From Octopus sinensis (lineage: Eukaryota), in NCBI RefSeq assembly GCF_006345805.1, contig NC_042999.1, positions 117,490,001 to 117,554,000 on the forward strand: DNA of 64,000 nucleotides. The letters are read 5' to 3'. The notes beneath the pieces are model-generated. The model saw only the letters and a program-made list of their open reading frames with translations, was not told where the DNA came from and searched no databases. Positions within the stretch are counted from its first letter, which is position 1; every line of letters begins with the position of its first letter. Position numbers and translations under genes: made by a program. Of this stretch, positions 25,435 through 38,910 are shown one piece after another.

Positions 25435-26722
25435 GAGGGGCGTTCAATAAGTAATGCCCCTGACCCACTTCCCATAGCAGTAGAGCAACAAAACTTGGCA
25501 CAGTTATTAGTCTTTTTCTACATAGGAACCACCCAGAGTTACGCATTTCTCCCATCGTTTGATGCGGCTCTGGAGACCGTTTTTGTAGAACCCATCTTGG
25601 TCCTCCAACCTCAACGTGACTTCAGAAATCAAGGCTGCATCATCTGGGGAAACGCTTTCCTTTCAAAAACAACTTCATGATTGGGGAGAGGTGAAAATCA
25701 GAGTGTGCAAGGTCAGGAAAGTAGGGGGGATGGGGAGGAGTTCATAGCCATACGCCTGTGCTTCTGATCTGGCGACAAGCGAGTTGTGGACCGGAGCGTT
25801 GTCCTGCAGGAGGAGGATGCCTTTGCTGATCTTGCCCCGCCTCTTGATTTTGGTAACTTCTCTTAATTTCCTCAAAAGTGAAGCATAATAGGCTCCTGCA
25901 ATTGTGGTACCCTTTGCCAGGAAATCTGTCATCACTACTCCGTTCTGGTCCCAGAAGACTGTGAGCATGACCTTGCCAGCGGAGGGCTGCACCTTTGCCT
26001 TCTTTGGAGGGGGTGAGTCACGGTGCTTCCACTGCATTGACTGGGGTTTGGTCTCTGGATCATCGTGATGGACCCGGGTTTCATCCTGTGTAATCAGTCT
26101 TTTGAAACATTTTGACTCATCTTCTTGGCACATCTCCAAATCCACCCTCGAGCACTCGACACGTTCTTGCTTCTGGCTAGGCGTGAGCAACCTGGGAATC
26201 CATCTGGCAGACACCTTTTGCATATGCAAATGGTCATGAATGATAGTTTCCACAGACCCGGTACTAATCTTGACCTCATGGGCTACTTGGCGAATAATTA
26301 TGCGTCGATCTTCCAAAATGGCAGCCTCAACTTGACGGACAGATGCCTCATCAATGGCAGAAGGGGGCGACCAGATCTGGGAGCTGTTTCCACAGAGTTC
26401 CGAATATGTTTGAATTCACGATGCCAGCGTTTTACAAGGTCATATGATGGGGCATCATCGCCATAAGTTACTTTCATTTCATCAAAAGTCTCCCGTGGTG
26501 TGCGTCCTTTCAAATACAAAAACCGGATCACTGCTCGACACTCAACAGGCTCCATTTCCCACTTGACTCGGTTCAAACACCTGTAAATCAGAAACCCCAA
26601 TTAATTCAGAGCTGTAATTTGCCACTTACTCTATAGAGATATAAATGATTGCACATGCGAAATTTCAGCTAGATCAAACAACTGCAAGTGGGTCAGAGGC
26701 ATTACTTATTGAACGTCCCTCG
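25434..26722 (-). mobile_element. Full-length mariner transposon (1289 bp) with frameshifted transposase (about 26555-25507)
   Basis: 37-bp TIRs at 25434-25470 and 26686-26722 (2 mismatches), TA on both sides. HTH region, WIPRLL, TQDET, QDNA and PDLAHSDF motifs; at least three frameshifts. Confidence 0.97.
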
Positions 26723-27849
26723 TATATATATATGTGTATGTGTGTGTGTGTGTGTGTGTGTGTATACACGGATACATATACGTCTGTGTGTGTGTGTCTG
26801 TGTGTTTGCTAATGTCTGTTTTTCCTTTAGTTTTTGTTCACTTATACATACCAACAAATGACCCAATAAGGTATTCTCTGTGTGGTTGTTCAATTTGCTA
26901 AAAATAACAGCCAAATCTCCCTGATACTATGCCCTTGTTAGTATTAAGGGAATGGAAAATGTTTACTTCTCTCCATCATTACGATTGAAACTAATATTTT
27001 TGATTTTGTTTGGCTCTATGAATTTAATTTTTTTAAGTGCTTCTGTCCATTGCTTGATACTGGAAATTGGAAAATCCTGACCAAAGCAGACAAATTCTAA
27101 CTTAACAGAAAATATAGAAATAGAAAGAAAAGGTTCTGTTTTCCAAAGCCAAAAGAGGTATTTTTAGCTGGGGTGTAATTTTATAATTAAAACAAATTCA
27201 AAATTTAAATTTCAGAACATAAGAATTACCACGTTATCTGGTGTATAGCCGCAGTTCAAATGAGTACAAAACCTAAAACAAATGTATGAGTGTGTGTATG
27301 TGAGTGTATATGTGTGTGTATGTGTGTGTGTGTCTGGGTCTTTAATAACCAGGGGTCAATTTAAGTTCAATCGCAGAAAGGAATTCAAAAAGGCAACATA
27401 TGCAATCACATACATACAAACATACCTATACATACACACACATATATAAATATATATATTTATCAGTCACTCCCAAAAGCCAGTTTGATCCAAAATTCTT
27501 TATATAATAACACACACGCAGACACACTCAGCTTTTCGCATTTATTCATTACTTTTTTCTTTTAATCGTCTGTCACTATTCATCAGTTTTTAGTTTTTGT
27601 TTTATTTTGGGTGTTTCACTTTAGCGACACCAGTTACACATGGTACCAGGAAGTGGAAAAGGTGTTTTTAAAAAGTGCCCCTTTGCGCCAAAACGCCCTC
27701 TTCGAGCTCCAGATGCCCTCCCACTCGGAGGATGGGGGGATATGGACCCTTTGAGAACTGCTGTTCTAAATTAATAATTTATACTGTAATCTCATCTTTC
27801 TATAGCTGTCTCTTTGCTCTAACTTATTGCTTTTACTGCAATCGCTCTT

Positions 27850-28400
27850 TTCAAAGTATACCATCACCTTTTGTTGACGATTGAGCATATCAGCTGCCGC
27901 GTACTCAAAATACTAAGCTGGTGTCTAGTTTTTACGTGCCGAGAACGGTGCATTCATCTTTCATCTGTTGAGTTAACGAATTTTATCAAACTAGACCGAC
28001 AGGACTACAACTTTGTGATCTATTATTCCATGCCCACATTGGTATTTTCAAGCAATCCAATTGGTCAGCCTTACTGCCACTGTTAGAGAATAGGCGACTA
28101 CTTGTCTCTAGACACTGCCTTCATTGTTACACACGTGGAGGACTAAGGACTTGCCATCCCAGTTCAGGAAGAATGGCCGTCCCTGGAAATCCAGACTTTC
28201 CGGAACTATTCATCCTCATAATCCAACCGGCTATGCGACGCCTATATCTCCTAACAGTGAAAAATAGGATCCAGTGTGTGCAAGTCGGTAATCCTAGACT
28301 CACTGAATATTATCGTATTTATATACCTAGGTATTTGAGCTCATTCAGTGGGTGACCTTATTCCAAAGTGACACTCTGTCGTGTGCATTTAAATTTCCAC
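27850..28400 (-). mobile_element. Degenerate LINE RT C-terminal fragment
   Basis: Minus strand LKYLGI* and AILPELGW..L motifs with stops. Confidence 0.35.
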
Positions 28401-28747
28401 CTCTAAGTAAGGTTATATTAGTCAGAGAGAATAAGGAAGAAAATAAGTACTTTCTTCTAACACTATGTATGCGTGTGTGTGTGTGTGCGTGCCTGCACGC
28501 GAGTATGTGTGCATGTGTGTGTGTGCGTGCGTGTGTGTGAGAGTGAGAGAGAGGAAGAGAGAGGGTGAGTGAGCTTCCAAATCCTCTTTCCTGATTGGGT
28601 GAAAATGATCAAACTTTAAACCTCTATAACTTTTTAAAACAATTTTCTGGAAAAGAATGAAATAACTCCAGCAATTCAGGTTTGGCAAATGCATTATTGT
28701 GCCAACGTTGGAGTAACCAGGGAACATCGAAGGATCTAGTCACTTTG

Positions 28748-29038
28748 CTATTCAAAAATGTATTGTGTTAAACCGGGCAAAACGCTACAGAAAATTATGA
28801 AATGCTCCTGACAATTTATGGATTGAACTGAATAAACCAGCGTCTGTTTTTCGCTGGCACAAGAGCACAGGTAAACAAGTCCACTAGGAAGTTCCCGATG
28901 ATCCCCTTTTTCGACAACAAGGGCATCATCTACATCCCCTGGGTTTCCTCTGGCCAGACGGTCAACACATATTACTGACTGGAGGTTTTAAGGGGGTTCA
29001 GTCCAAAGCACTTGCACCAGGACAATACACCAGTCCAT
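28748..29038 (+). mobile_element. Internally deleted mariner derivative; inverted near-copy of 31165-31451
   Basis: Same deletion junctions and near identity to the reverse complement of 31165-31451. Confidence 0.85.
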
Positions 29039-29339
29039 TTGTTGTAGCGATCCAGTCACACGATATTACACATTTACGTATAGATTTAAAATCCTTATCT
29101 GCAAACATCGATTTCTTTACCGTATATTCAGTGAGATAGGGTATTGTGTGTATATTTGAGAAGCATTTAATAGACAGTTCTATTCATTTTAAATGCTTGG
29201 TTTCTGTACCCTTAATCGAGCAGTACAGATCAGAATGGGGTTCTATACATCTGCATGTTTTCTCAATCATACCTAAAAACCCTTATATTGATTAGGATAC
29301 ACAATCTGTGTTGTGTTGTCAGATACATTCATTCGTTTC

Positions 29340-30134
29340 TTTCCACTGTTATTTAAATAAACACGATAAATATTTCTCTTTCAGTTAAGGTTCCGAAGCT
29401 GACAAAGCTTTTTCGAGACATTTGTGCTGTGTATGCAAAAGGCGCTATCACTAAAAGAATTGCACACAAATGGTTTTTACGCACTAAAGACGGGAAATTC
29501 TACCTTGAAGAGTCTTCGCGTTCCGAAAGATTTGCCTGTTTCAAAGGGGATAGATACAACGAGCTCATCCACACGGATCTCCGCTTATCGACTTGGGAAT
29601 TGGCTCAGAAGATGGTATGCTCTTTTAACACCGTCGCCTGTCACCTTCTCTCAACGTGAAGTAAGTCTTGAATGATTCGACTGTGCTTCTTCAACACAAA
29701 ATGACCTGCTCCACACGTCTAATTGAACCCAAAATGTATTCAAGAACTCAGTTGGGAAGTTTTCCCGCCATATCATATTCTACTAACATAGCGCCTTCAG
29801 AATATAATATTTTTGGTCGCTCTTCAACTTTCAGCGAGGCCCTTTCGTTCAAAGACAACTTGGAACTGAAAAAAGTGGCTCGATGAATTCTTCGAGTCAA
29901 AACTAGGTGATATCTACTGTTAAATCATTGGCCAGATAGTGGAATGTTGGCAAGTGAACAATGAAGAACATATTACTGAAAGATTTGTTAAAATTGTTTT
30001 TCAACAATTTTAATAAATCTTTCAGTAATATGTTCTTCATTGTTCACTTGCCAACAATACACTATCTGGCCAATGTAAAAATAAGGATTAAAATATAATG
30101 CAAAAGAAACGAATGAATTTGGCTGACAACTTAA
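29340..30134 (+). mobile_element. Degenerate mariner (Hsmar1/mellifera-like) with 3' TIR and internal fold-back
   Basis: ICAVYAKGAITKRIAHKWF HTH, YSTNIAPSEY (YSPDLAPSDY-like), terminal GAAACGAATGAATTTGGCTGACAACTTAA followed by TA. Confidence 0.88.
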
Positions 30135-30812
30135 TATTTGTGTGTGTGTGTTTTCACGCATGTAGACACACACACAGACACACACACGTACACATGTAAA
30201 CACACATACACATACACACACGTACACAAACACATACATACACACAAACACCTATATATATATAAGTGTTAATGCACGAAACTCTCAATCCTTGAGTCAC
30301 TCTGTTTATTTTACCAAATATATATATATATATATATGTACACAGACACTTACACACACATATACGTACAATTTTTAAATGTATATATACGTACATATAT
30401 ATAATTGTGTTTGTGTATGTGTGTAGAAGTAAAGTATAGATATAGCTGTATCATATATACCTGTATAATTCTGTACTGGATTTAGTTTTGATATTTTGAT
30501 GTTGATAAACAATATTACTCCGCACAGAAAATTATTTTGTTTAGTTGAAATGAATTCCTTAAAATACTATTATAATAAACAATACATCAGAGACAGAATG
30601 AAATGAACTGTTCAATAAATGAAATCAATTTGAAATAACAAAGGATTTCATCGGATTTTCTTAGTAAAATATTTACTATTTTCGAAAACTGAAATGTAAT
30701 TAAAAATACACAGTGGATCAAATACGCAGGATGTCAAGCAGAATAATTTCAAAATATAGTATAAATGAAGATAAATCGCTTCAAGAATTTTCCACATGCT
30801 TCTTCTCATGCA

Positions 30813-31452
30813 TTAAAAAAATATGCAATCAATGAAATATAAACAAAGTGCATTACAGGAGAGACAATTATTTTCAGGAGAGATAACTACCAAATTCAAA
30901 GAAGTAGAAAACTCTATTCTTTTCATAGAAGGATTCTCTGATTTCAATGCATTTGTTTTAGCGATCCAGTCACTTCGTGAAGACCACATAGAAATCCTCC
31001 AAGTGAGGGTGTCCGTGAGCACTTTCACAGTATCAATCACCTTCTCTTTCAGCTTGGGGAACAACCAAAAGTAACAGGGAGCAAGGTCTGGACTATAGGA
31101 AGGGTGAAGGACAGTTTTGATTCTCATCTCTGTCAAGTAGTTGGTTACCAGGATGGAATTATGGACTGGTGTATTGTCCTGGTGCAAGTGCTTTGGACTG
31201 AACCCCCTTAAAACCTCCAGTCAGTAATATGTGTTGACCGTCTGGCCAGAGGAAACCCAGGGGATGTAGATGATGCCCTTGTTGTCGAAAAAGGGGATCA
31301 TCAGGAACTTCCTCGTGGACTTGTTTACCTGGGCTCTTGTGCCAGCGAAAAACAGACGCTGGTTTATTCAGTTCAATCCATAAATCGCCAGGAGCATTTC
31401 ATAATTTTCTGTAGCGTTTTGCCCGGTTTAACAATACATTTTTGAATAGCGA
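30813..31452 (-). mobile_element. Internally deleted mariner derivative
   Basis: ORF HQDNTPVH...LHPSYSPDLAPCYFWLFPKLK. Confidence 0.9.
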
Positions 31453-32054
31453 GCTTCTAGATTGCCTTCCCGTCCTGACCGCATTCTGCAAACTAGTCAT
31501 CTGTGAGAAGCAGTGTTTAATACGAGGTTGTTTTCAAAGTACAACTGAAGCTGTCTTCCTCAATCAGGAATAACAAATGTTGGCAGGTCAGCTTATTATA
31601 TCTATAGTAATGACTATCTGAAATTACAGTAATGTAGGGCAGTTATTACTGCCTCGCTTTAAAAAATCCAAAACTTCAGGAATGCACCTCATACAGCTTG
31701 CTTCTCTGCCCATTGTATTTCTTTATTCTTGTATTATTGCCCCCCCCCCGCCGATAATGGGATCTTCACGCATCAAACCTTGAAGCTGCTGGTGAACTTT
31801 GAAAGAAAATCAGCTCTTCTCTTCTCTCTGACTCTAAAACAGAGAACTGGAGGTATATGTGTTATCAGAGAGGCCATCATACATTTTTGAGTCTTGCAAA
31901 TAATGTTTCTTTCGAGGCACCTCTTCTGTAGAGAATAGTTAGAGCATATATCTGTGTTTAAGGTCTACCAATATACATTACAATTATTTGCATCATTACT
32001 TATCTACCCTTTTGTTTATAAGATTAAACTTTTGGTCGTAAGCGATACGTGGAG

Positions 32055-33090
32055 ATATCAGGTTGTAACGAAAGTTCTGTCCGTTTATTAAGGCTCATTA
32101 ATACAATAAAAAACAATATCTGATTTATTTAATCATTAATATAGTCATCGTTCTTCTCTTTGACCTATTTCCAGCTGTCGATAAGCTTTTTAAGGCTGCG
32201 TTCATAAATCTTTTTAGATTTAGAAGTGAAAAAGGAAATTAATTCATTTTCAACTTCTGATCTTGAAGCAAGTCTTAATGCTCAAATTATTTAGTAAACT
32301 TCTAGCGAGATGTAAGGTCTGGAGAACATGGTGACTAATTAAAAATTTCTCATGCATATTTTTCTAGATGAACATTGGTCTTTTGTACAGTATGGGCTCA
32401 AGCGTTCTCATGGTGAAGGATGACTCCTTTTCTGTTGGTTAACGATGCAAAACTGTTTTAACTGCTGCAAAACTGTTTTGAAACGTGTTTGATAGTATAG
32501 ATCGACTGTTATTGGTTGATTATTCTCTAAAAGCTCATGATGAATTATTCCACACATACACCACTATATACCCAGAAAAATCTTCCTTGAATGCAGGACA
32601 CTTTGGGGTTGCTGTGCTGGCATTTCACTAAGTCTCATTTACTGAGGTTTTTGCTTAATATTATGGTGAAGTGTCCATTTTTCATCTCCAGTAATGACTC
32701 TACTAAAATAAATAGGCAGTTCACAAGAGCGCAGTGATGCACAGTAGTCAAAACGTTGTTTGCCAGTGTCTGCAGTGAGATAATGTGGTGCCAATTTTCC
32801 AACTGTTGACATTTTACCAAGCTTTTTCAGCTCACGATGAAGGGTGGTATGGCTTACGTTTAAGCCCGTACTTAGTCCCCGTAATACAACAGTTGGATTT
32901 GTTTCAACAGTGGCTCCAAATGCTTCACGATTCACCCTTGATTCATACTGCTGGCTGTAGTCCCCGTTTCTGAATCATGAAAACCAACTCCTGCATGCTC
33001 TCTCAGTCTCTACACCATCACCATAAGTGTTTTGGAGTGATTTTTCAGCTACCCTTGCACTCTTCCCATTTTGAAATTCACAAAGAATAA
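32055..33090 (-). mobile_element. Degenerate mariner
   Basis: ORF 32639-32935 with RVITGDEKW; HPCSPD-like motif downstream; TIR-like TATCAGGTTGTAACGAAAGTTC at 32055. Confidence 0.85.
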
Positions 33091-33112
33091 CGTGACAAAT
33101 ATGTTCTTTGCT

Positions 33113-33217
<105 letters not shown>

Positions 33218-34299
33218 TACTCACACACACACCACACACACACACACATATATATATATATACACACACTGATCACTGTTGTCTCTTGTCACTAGAGCAC
33301 GAGTTCCTGTTTATGGGAATTAGTAAACAGTTTATATGTCTACAAGCGCAAATGTCTGCCAAACACATAATGATTTATGGGGTGCACACAAAACCACGAG
33401 AATTTAAACAATAACGCATTTATCTACTGCTAATACCTTCAGGCATATTCGGTCTTGAGTATATGCTCGCTGATGTTTTTCGTTGCCGGAGAAACACCCC
33501 AGCAGATAATTCGTTTGCTGGTCCCAATAATATTTACCGATCCGGCCGTGGTGTAGCTTTGAATAAATAGACACACAAAAAGGTGGAAACAACTCTGTAT
33601 CTAGGAGATTCCTAAAGGGAGGAGGTGTTGTTTGGTGGTCAAAAATAAAAGCGATCACACATTCACGCCGTGTATTGCCAGAACGTTTTAAGAATCACAT
33701 GATTCACGCGGTTTTGCGCGCACCCCATAGTTTCTTGCACACACGCATATTTTTATAGAATGGGAGTGTATGTATGCGCGTGTGTATGTATTCATACGTT
33801 AAATTTACATATGTCTTATAATCTTCTGTTTTACTTGTTTCATTCATTAAGCTGCAGTCATGCTGAAATATCGCTTTGGAGTGTTTTGTGGAACAACTCG
33901 ATGCCAGTAATTATTTTTTAAAACCTGGTGCTTATTCTATAGGCCCCTTGTGCCGAATTGCTTGGTTGTGTGTGTGTGTTTTCACGCACGTAGACACACA
34001 CACAGACACACACACGTACACATGTAAACACACATACACACACACACGTACACAAACACACACATACACACAGACACCTATATATATATAAGTGTTAATG
34101 CACGAAACTCTCAATCCTTGAGTCACTCTGTTTATTTTACCAATTTTTTTCCTTTATGAGGGAACGTACACAAACAAACACCTGTTGTCAAATGATGCTA
34201 GAGGACAAATATATACACAGGCACACGCACAACACACTCACACAAAGACAGTCACATACATGCACACTCACAGATAAACACACGCGTGCGCACACACAC

Positions 34300-34512
34300 T
34301 TTTACTCTTTTACTTGTTTCAGTCATGTGACTGTGGCCATGCTTGGGCACTGCATTTAGTCGTGCAAATCGACCCCAGGACTTATTCTTTGTAAGCCTAG
34401 CACTTATTCTATCGGTCTTTTTTCCCGACCCGCTAAGTTACGGGGACGTAAACACACCAGCATCGGTTGTTAAGCGATGTTCGGGGGGACAAACACAGAC
34501 ACGCAAACATAT

Positions 34513-34591
<79 letters not shown>

Positions 34592-34750
34592 TATATACGA
34601 CGGGCTTCTTTCCGATTCCGTCTACAAAATCCACTCACAAGGCCTTAGTCGGCCCGAGGCTATCGTAGACGACAGTTTCCCAAGGTGCCACGCAGTGGGA
34701 CTGAACCTGGAACCATATGGTTCGTAAGCAAGCTACTTACCACGCAGACA
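34300..34750 (-). mobile_element. SINE family A, full length with central (TA)n
   Basis: Head, body and TTTTACTC tail all present. A second partial head follows at 34778-34905. Confidence 0.9.
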
Positions 34751-35236
34751 CACAAGCACACACATGTATATATATATATACGACAAGCTTCTTTCAGTTT
34801 CCGTATACCAAATCCACTCACAAAACTTTGGTTGGCATGGGGCTATAGTAGGAGACACTTGTCCAAGGTGCCACACTATGGAACTGAAACCGTATGGTTG
34901 GCAAACAAATATAAACCATTCCATTTCTTTCCAAATATTATATGCTTTCTTGTTGAGACATTTTGGATGTGTATTACCATTGTCATTGTTTACAGCTGCT
35001 CTCAGGATCGATAAATTCTAAATATATTCCACTGTTTCGTTCTTACTTTTGCACTGTCTGAAGAATTATTGACCATAGAACTTCGAAGGCACTATCACCT
35101 TGCATTTCTGTGTAATAAAATATTTATATCTTGTTATTATTTTTAGCGAATTTTGTTTCTAATTTGTTTGTAAATTAAAAATAGAAATTCAAAACACATT
35201 CATACAAGCAGAAGCACAACCAAATACAAAAACGAA

Positions 35237-35277
<41 letters not shown>

Positions 35278-35686
35278 GGTAGGTATAAATATACAATAAT
35301 ATATCAATCGTTTATTCATAAAGCTCTATCGCAACTAATTGAAAGCTAAATAAGAGGCAGATTGAAATGGATATGATTTGTATCTTCACGAAGCTAATGG
35401 AATGTATTAAAGTTATAACTTGTGGAATCTGAGACACACTGTCTGATGCTAGTACTTCATAAATAAGTATGTTATTGAAATATGTCAGTCGCTGAAATGT
35501 TCGACAGACGAGTATTCTCATATATTAGACAAAAACACAAACTCCAAGCAAGAGAATACTTATATACACTTATGCATTTATATAACAATAGCTAGGTATG
35601 TATTTATATATTTAGATATACATACATACATACATACATACATACATACACACGTACATACATACATACGTACATACATACATACA

Positions 35687-35720
<34 letters not shown>

Positions 35721-35754
35721 CATACATACATACATACATACACGTATATCTATA

Positions 35755-35795
35755 TTTTCATATTTGCGTAATTCAGACGACAATTTATTAACCAC

Positions 35796-35801
<6 letters not shown>
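35755..35801. mobile_element. Solo maT-type transposon end
   Basis: Reverse complement of 36421-36467 with few mismatches. Confidence 0.75.
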
Positions 35802-35851
<50 letters not shown>

Positions 35852-35977
35852 TAGATAGATAGATAGATAGATACACTTATATATGCATACATATACATGC
35901 AATTATATTTACATGTCTATACATATATACATAATTATATGTATATATACATATGCATATATACATATATATATATG

Positions 35978-36022
<45 letters not shown>

Positions 36023-36060
36023 TATATACATATATATATATACATATATATATACATATA

Positions 36061-36400
36061 AAAAAAATAAGCAACAAGGATATTCAGAGGTAATGCTGTA
36101 CGATCGTTTCATACAATCCATTTAATTGAACAATGCAATCATTACATCAATTTAAAATGCAGAGGAATCCTCAGCTGCACAAAGACATAGAATTCAATTA
36201 AATTAGAACAGAAGGACACATTCATACAAGCATGAATAAATTAATGTAATGATTGCATTGTTCAATTAAATGGAGTTGCAATGAAACGATCGTACTGTAT
36301 TACCTCTGGATATCCTTGTTGCTTATTTTGGTTTTAATCACCTTACTTTGAAATTCTATGGATAATACCGTACTAAATTCTGGTGCCTCAACTTAAGACA
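36061..36400. mobile_element. ORF-less mini-element with about 90-bp inverted repeat (36064-36154 / 36237-36329) and degenerate HHR
   Basis: Right arm TAATGA-TTGCA...TGCAA-T-GAAACGATCGTA; tail then (TA)n; same layout as 19307-19702. Confidence 0.65.
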
Positions 36401-36420
36401 TATATACATATATATTTATA

Positions 36421-37218
36421 CAGGGTGCAGTTAATAAATTGTCGTCTAAATTACGCAAATATGAAAGTAACACTGACATCTTATTTTAAAAGATATATTT
36501 ACCAAATTTACATAAAAAATATCTCGAAATACTAAAGAGCAAATTTATTCTATAAAATCATCATGGGCTTCAACTACAGCCTCCAGACGACTTCGGAATA
36601 TCCTGCAACACTTCTTGACGGTATTCTTGTTTAAGCTGGTGAATGCTGTCGTAATCATTGTCTTCAGTTCATCTTTGGTGCTACAAGGAATTTTGTTGGT
36701 CTCTGGCTTAACTGCGCCCCACATATAATAATCAAGGCGTTTGTAGTCGGGGGAGTTATGTGGCCAGATGTTAGGGGTGATGTGGTCACGGAAATTGTTG
36801 GACAGCTATGAGCAGGTTCTCCTGCTTGTATGGCATCGTTCAGTGTCCTGTTGACAGACCTAGGGTCTTCTAGCAGCTATCTTCTTGACCTAGGGAAGCG
36901 CTACCTCCTCCAGGTACTTGATGTAGGCATCCGTGTTGTGTCTGAGGCCGCGTGGGAAGATGAATGGAGGCATAACGTCGCCATCACTAATGATCACTCC
37001 AAACAGCAGGATGATGACTGGAAGTTTGATTTTTATCGCTCTCGGTACATGTTTTGGGGACACGACAAGCCAAACGATTGTTCTGTGTGTTCACCATCTG
37101 ATCTTGGCAGAAATTTTTCTCGTTTGAGAAACACCAAAGCACGTTCGGTAGGAGGGGTTGCTTGAGTTTGTTTAAAAGCTTCGTAGCGCGGCCTTTCCTC
37201 TTGTCTTTGCTGGCTTAG
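36421..37218 (-). mobile_element. maT (DD37D, Bmmar1-like) transposon 3' half
   Basis: KLLNKLKQPLLPNVLWCFSNEKNF, QQDTERCH, IWPHNSPDYKRLDYYMWGAV...RSRLEAVVEAHDDFIE*; terminal CAGGGTG after TA. Confidence 0.9.
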
Positions 37219-37379
37219 GATAAAAATTGGCCCTTTCTTTTTATATATGAGGAATACCGAATGTCTTCCTGCACTACTTGCCAGATAAGAAACTCAGACA
37301 GTCCCATGTCTGTGGTGATGGACCTGATTGACTTAGAGGGATCGTTGTCAATCATGACCTAGATCTCATCATTTGAATG

Positions 37380-37915
37380 TGTCCAATCTCACCGAACGGA
37401 TTTCCATTTGCGACTCCTTGTAGAAACGTGATAGAAAACGATCCTTTTTGGAGAGAATGTTGACTGGGGATGAAAATCGTTTATCGTTTATTGTGATGTG
37501 AAGCGCAAATGATCATAGCGGAATCGAGGTGAATAGCACGAACAATCTCCGAAGTAGAACTTCACCCGATGATGGTTATGATTTCAATTTGGTGGGATTG
37601 GAAGGGTGTTGCATTTTACGAGTTTCTTCCTAGTGAAAGTACCACCATTTCAGATGCCTCCTGTGACTAGCTGGATAGATTAAACGCAGCGTTTCACTAA
37701 AAGCGTCCAGCACATCAAAATATTAAGGAAATTGTATTTCATCATGGAAAGCCAGACCGAACACTTCTTTGCAAATGCGGCAGAAATTACTGGTGTTTGG
37801 CTGGGCAGTTTTGCTGCACTCTCCATATTCGTCAGACATTGCACCTTCGGATTTCCACTTGCTTCGATCTCTTTCAATGGAGAAACCTTAAACTCTGAAG
37901 AAGGTTTATGTAGGT
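37380..37915 (+). mobile_element. Degenerate mariner catalytic-domain fragment
   Basis: NDPFLERMLTGDE, VMISIWWDWKG and HSPYSSDIAPSDFHL motifs with stops and frameshifts. Confidence 0.88.
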
Positions 37916-37993
37916 ACGCATGTATGTTTGTGTATATATATATTACTATTCTACTTGTTTCAGTCATTTGACTGTGGCCATGCTGGAGCACCG

Positions 37994-38072
<79 letters not shown>

Positions 38073-38278
38073 GTGTACCTTGTGAGAGAATAATTTTGAA
38101 AATACATTAAATATCTGGAATGGTAAAATACTTAGAAAATAATGGCTGTACAACCATATAACTTAGTTCAACACTCAGAGGTGCTGAGGCTTATATCTCT
38201 ACTGATCTTTCTATACTACAAACATAATGAACTGCCCTAAAGCTTAAACATCGTATTTCTTTTGTAAGGCTGCACGCT

Positions 38279-38465
38279 GGAAGAATGTTAGACTGCATTA
38301 CTTACGGCGTTTTACGTTCTGATTTCAAATGTCACCGAGGTTACCTTTCTCTTTTATTGTTTTGGGCTCGATAAAATAAAGTGCCAGTTTAGAGCTGGAA
38401 TCGATGCATCGAATAAGCCCCCGTCTTAAAATCGCAGGCCTTGTGCTTACATCCGAATCTATTTC
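38279..38465 (+). mobile_element. SINE family B, degenerate
   Basis: GTTCTGATTTCAAAT...CGATAAAATAAAGTGCCAG core. Confidence 0.6.
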
Positions 38466-38546
38466 ATTGCAAATAGTAGATTCTCTGCGTGATAGCTGGA
38501 TCTGTTAAAATTTAGCAGCCTAAACCAACTTAAATAAAATCTAGTC

Positions 38547-38735
38547 TTAGAAAGAAAGTATGATGGTTACACCTTGGGCAGCTTTGATCAAGCACGGCTG
38601 ATCTGGAGACAAAATATCATCGACAACGTATTTCAGCCTCTTTAGTGTGGTAATCAAAATCTCCAACCCATTGAACCTACAGTTTAATGTATGAGAATTG
38701 CTTCTCATAATTTTATGGTTACTAAGATTGACCAT
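38547..38735 (-). mobile_element. L1/Tx1-like RT fragment
   Basis: LKRLKYVVDDILSPDQPCLIK resembles the RLK-x-II-x-DQ-x-F motif. Confidence 0.4.
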
Positions 38736-38779
38736 CTTCCAGTTCGAGAAAAGTTACGGAGTATCGGGCCTCACGAATT

Positions 38780-38820
<41 letters not shown>

Positions 38821-38910
38821 TATATCTGGATATCTTCCCAGATGTTTTCCGGCGGCATGCGACATAACGGTTTGCAGGCCTATAACAGAAGCTCGTCTCA
38901 TTTAGGTGAA

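Noticed and set aside
33443-33556. Frame MFFVAGETPQQIIRLL resembling GPCR TM6 after a TTCAG acceptor
   Set aside because: Ends in a stop with no TM7 or good donor, and no other GPCR segments were found.
35058-35095. CTGAAGA here and CTGACGA at 62131 as further hammerheads
   Set aside because: No GAAAC-NUH half or paired stems could be built.
35755-36467. Two maT ends flanking the HHR mini-element as a composite transposon
   Set aside because: The ends face outward, so they do not enclose the element.
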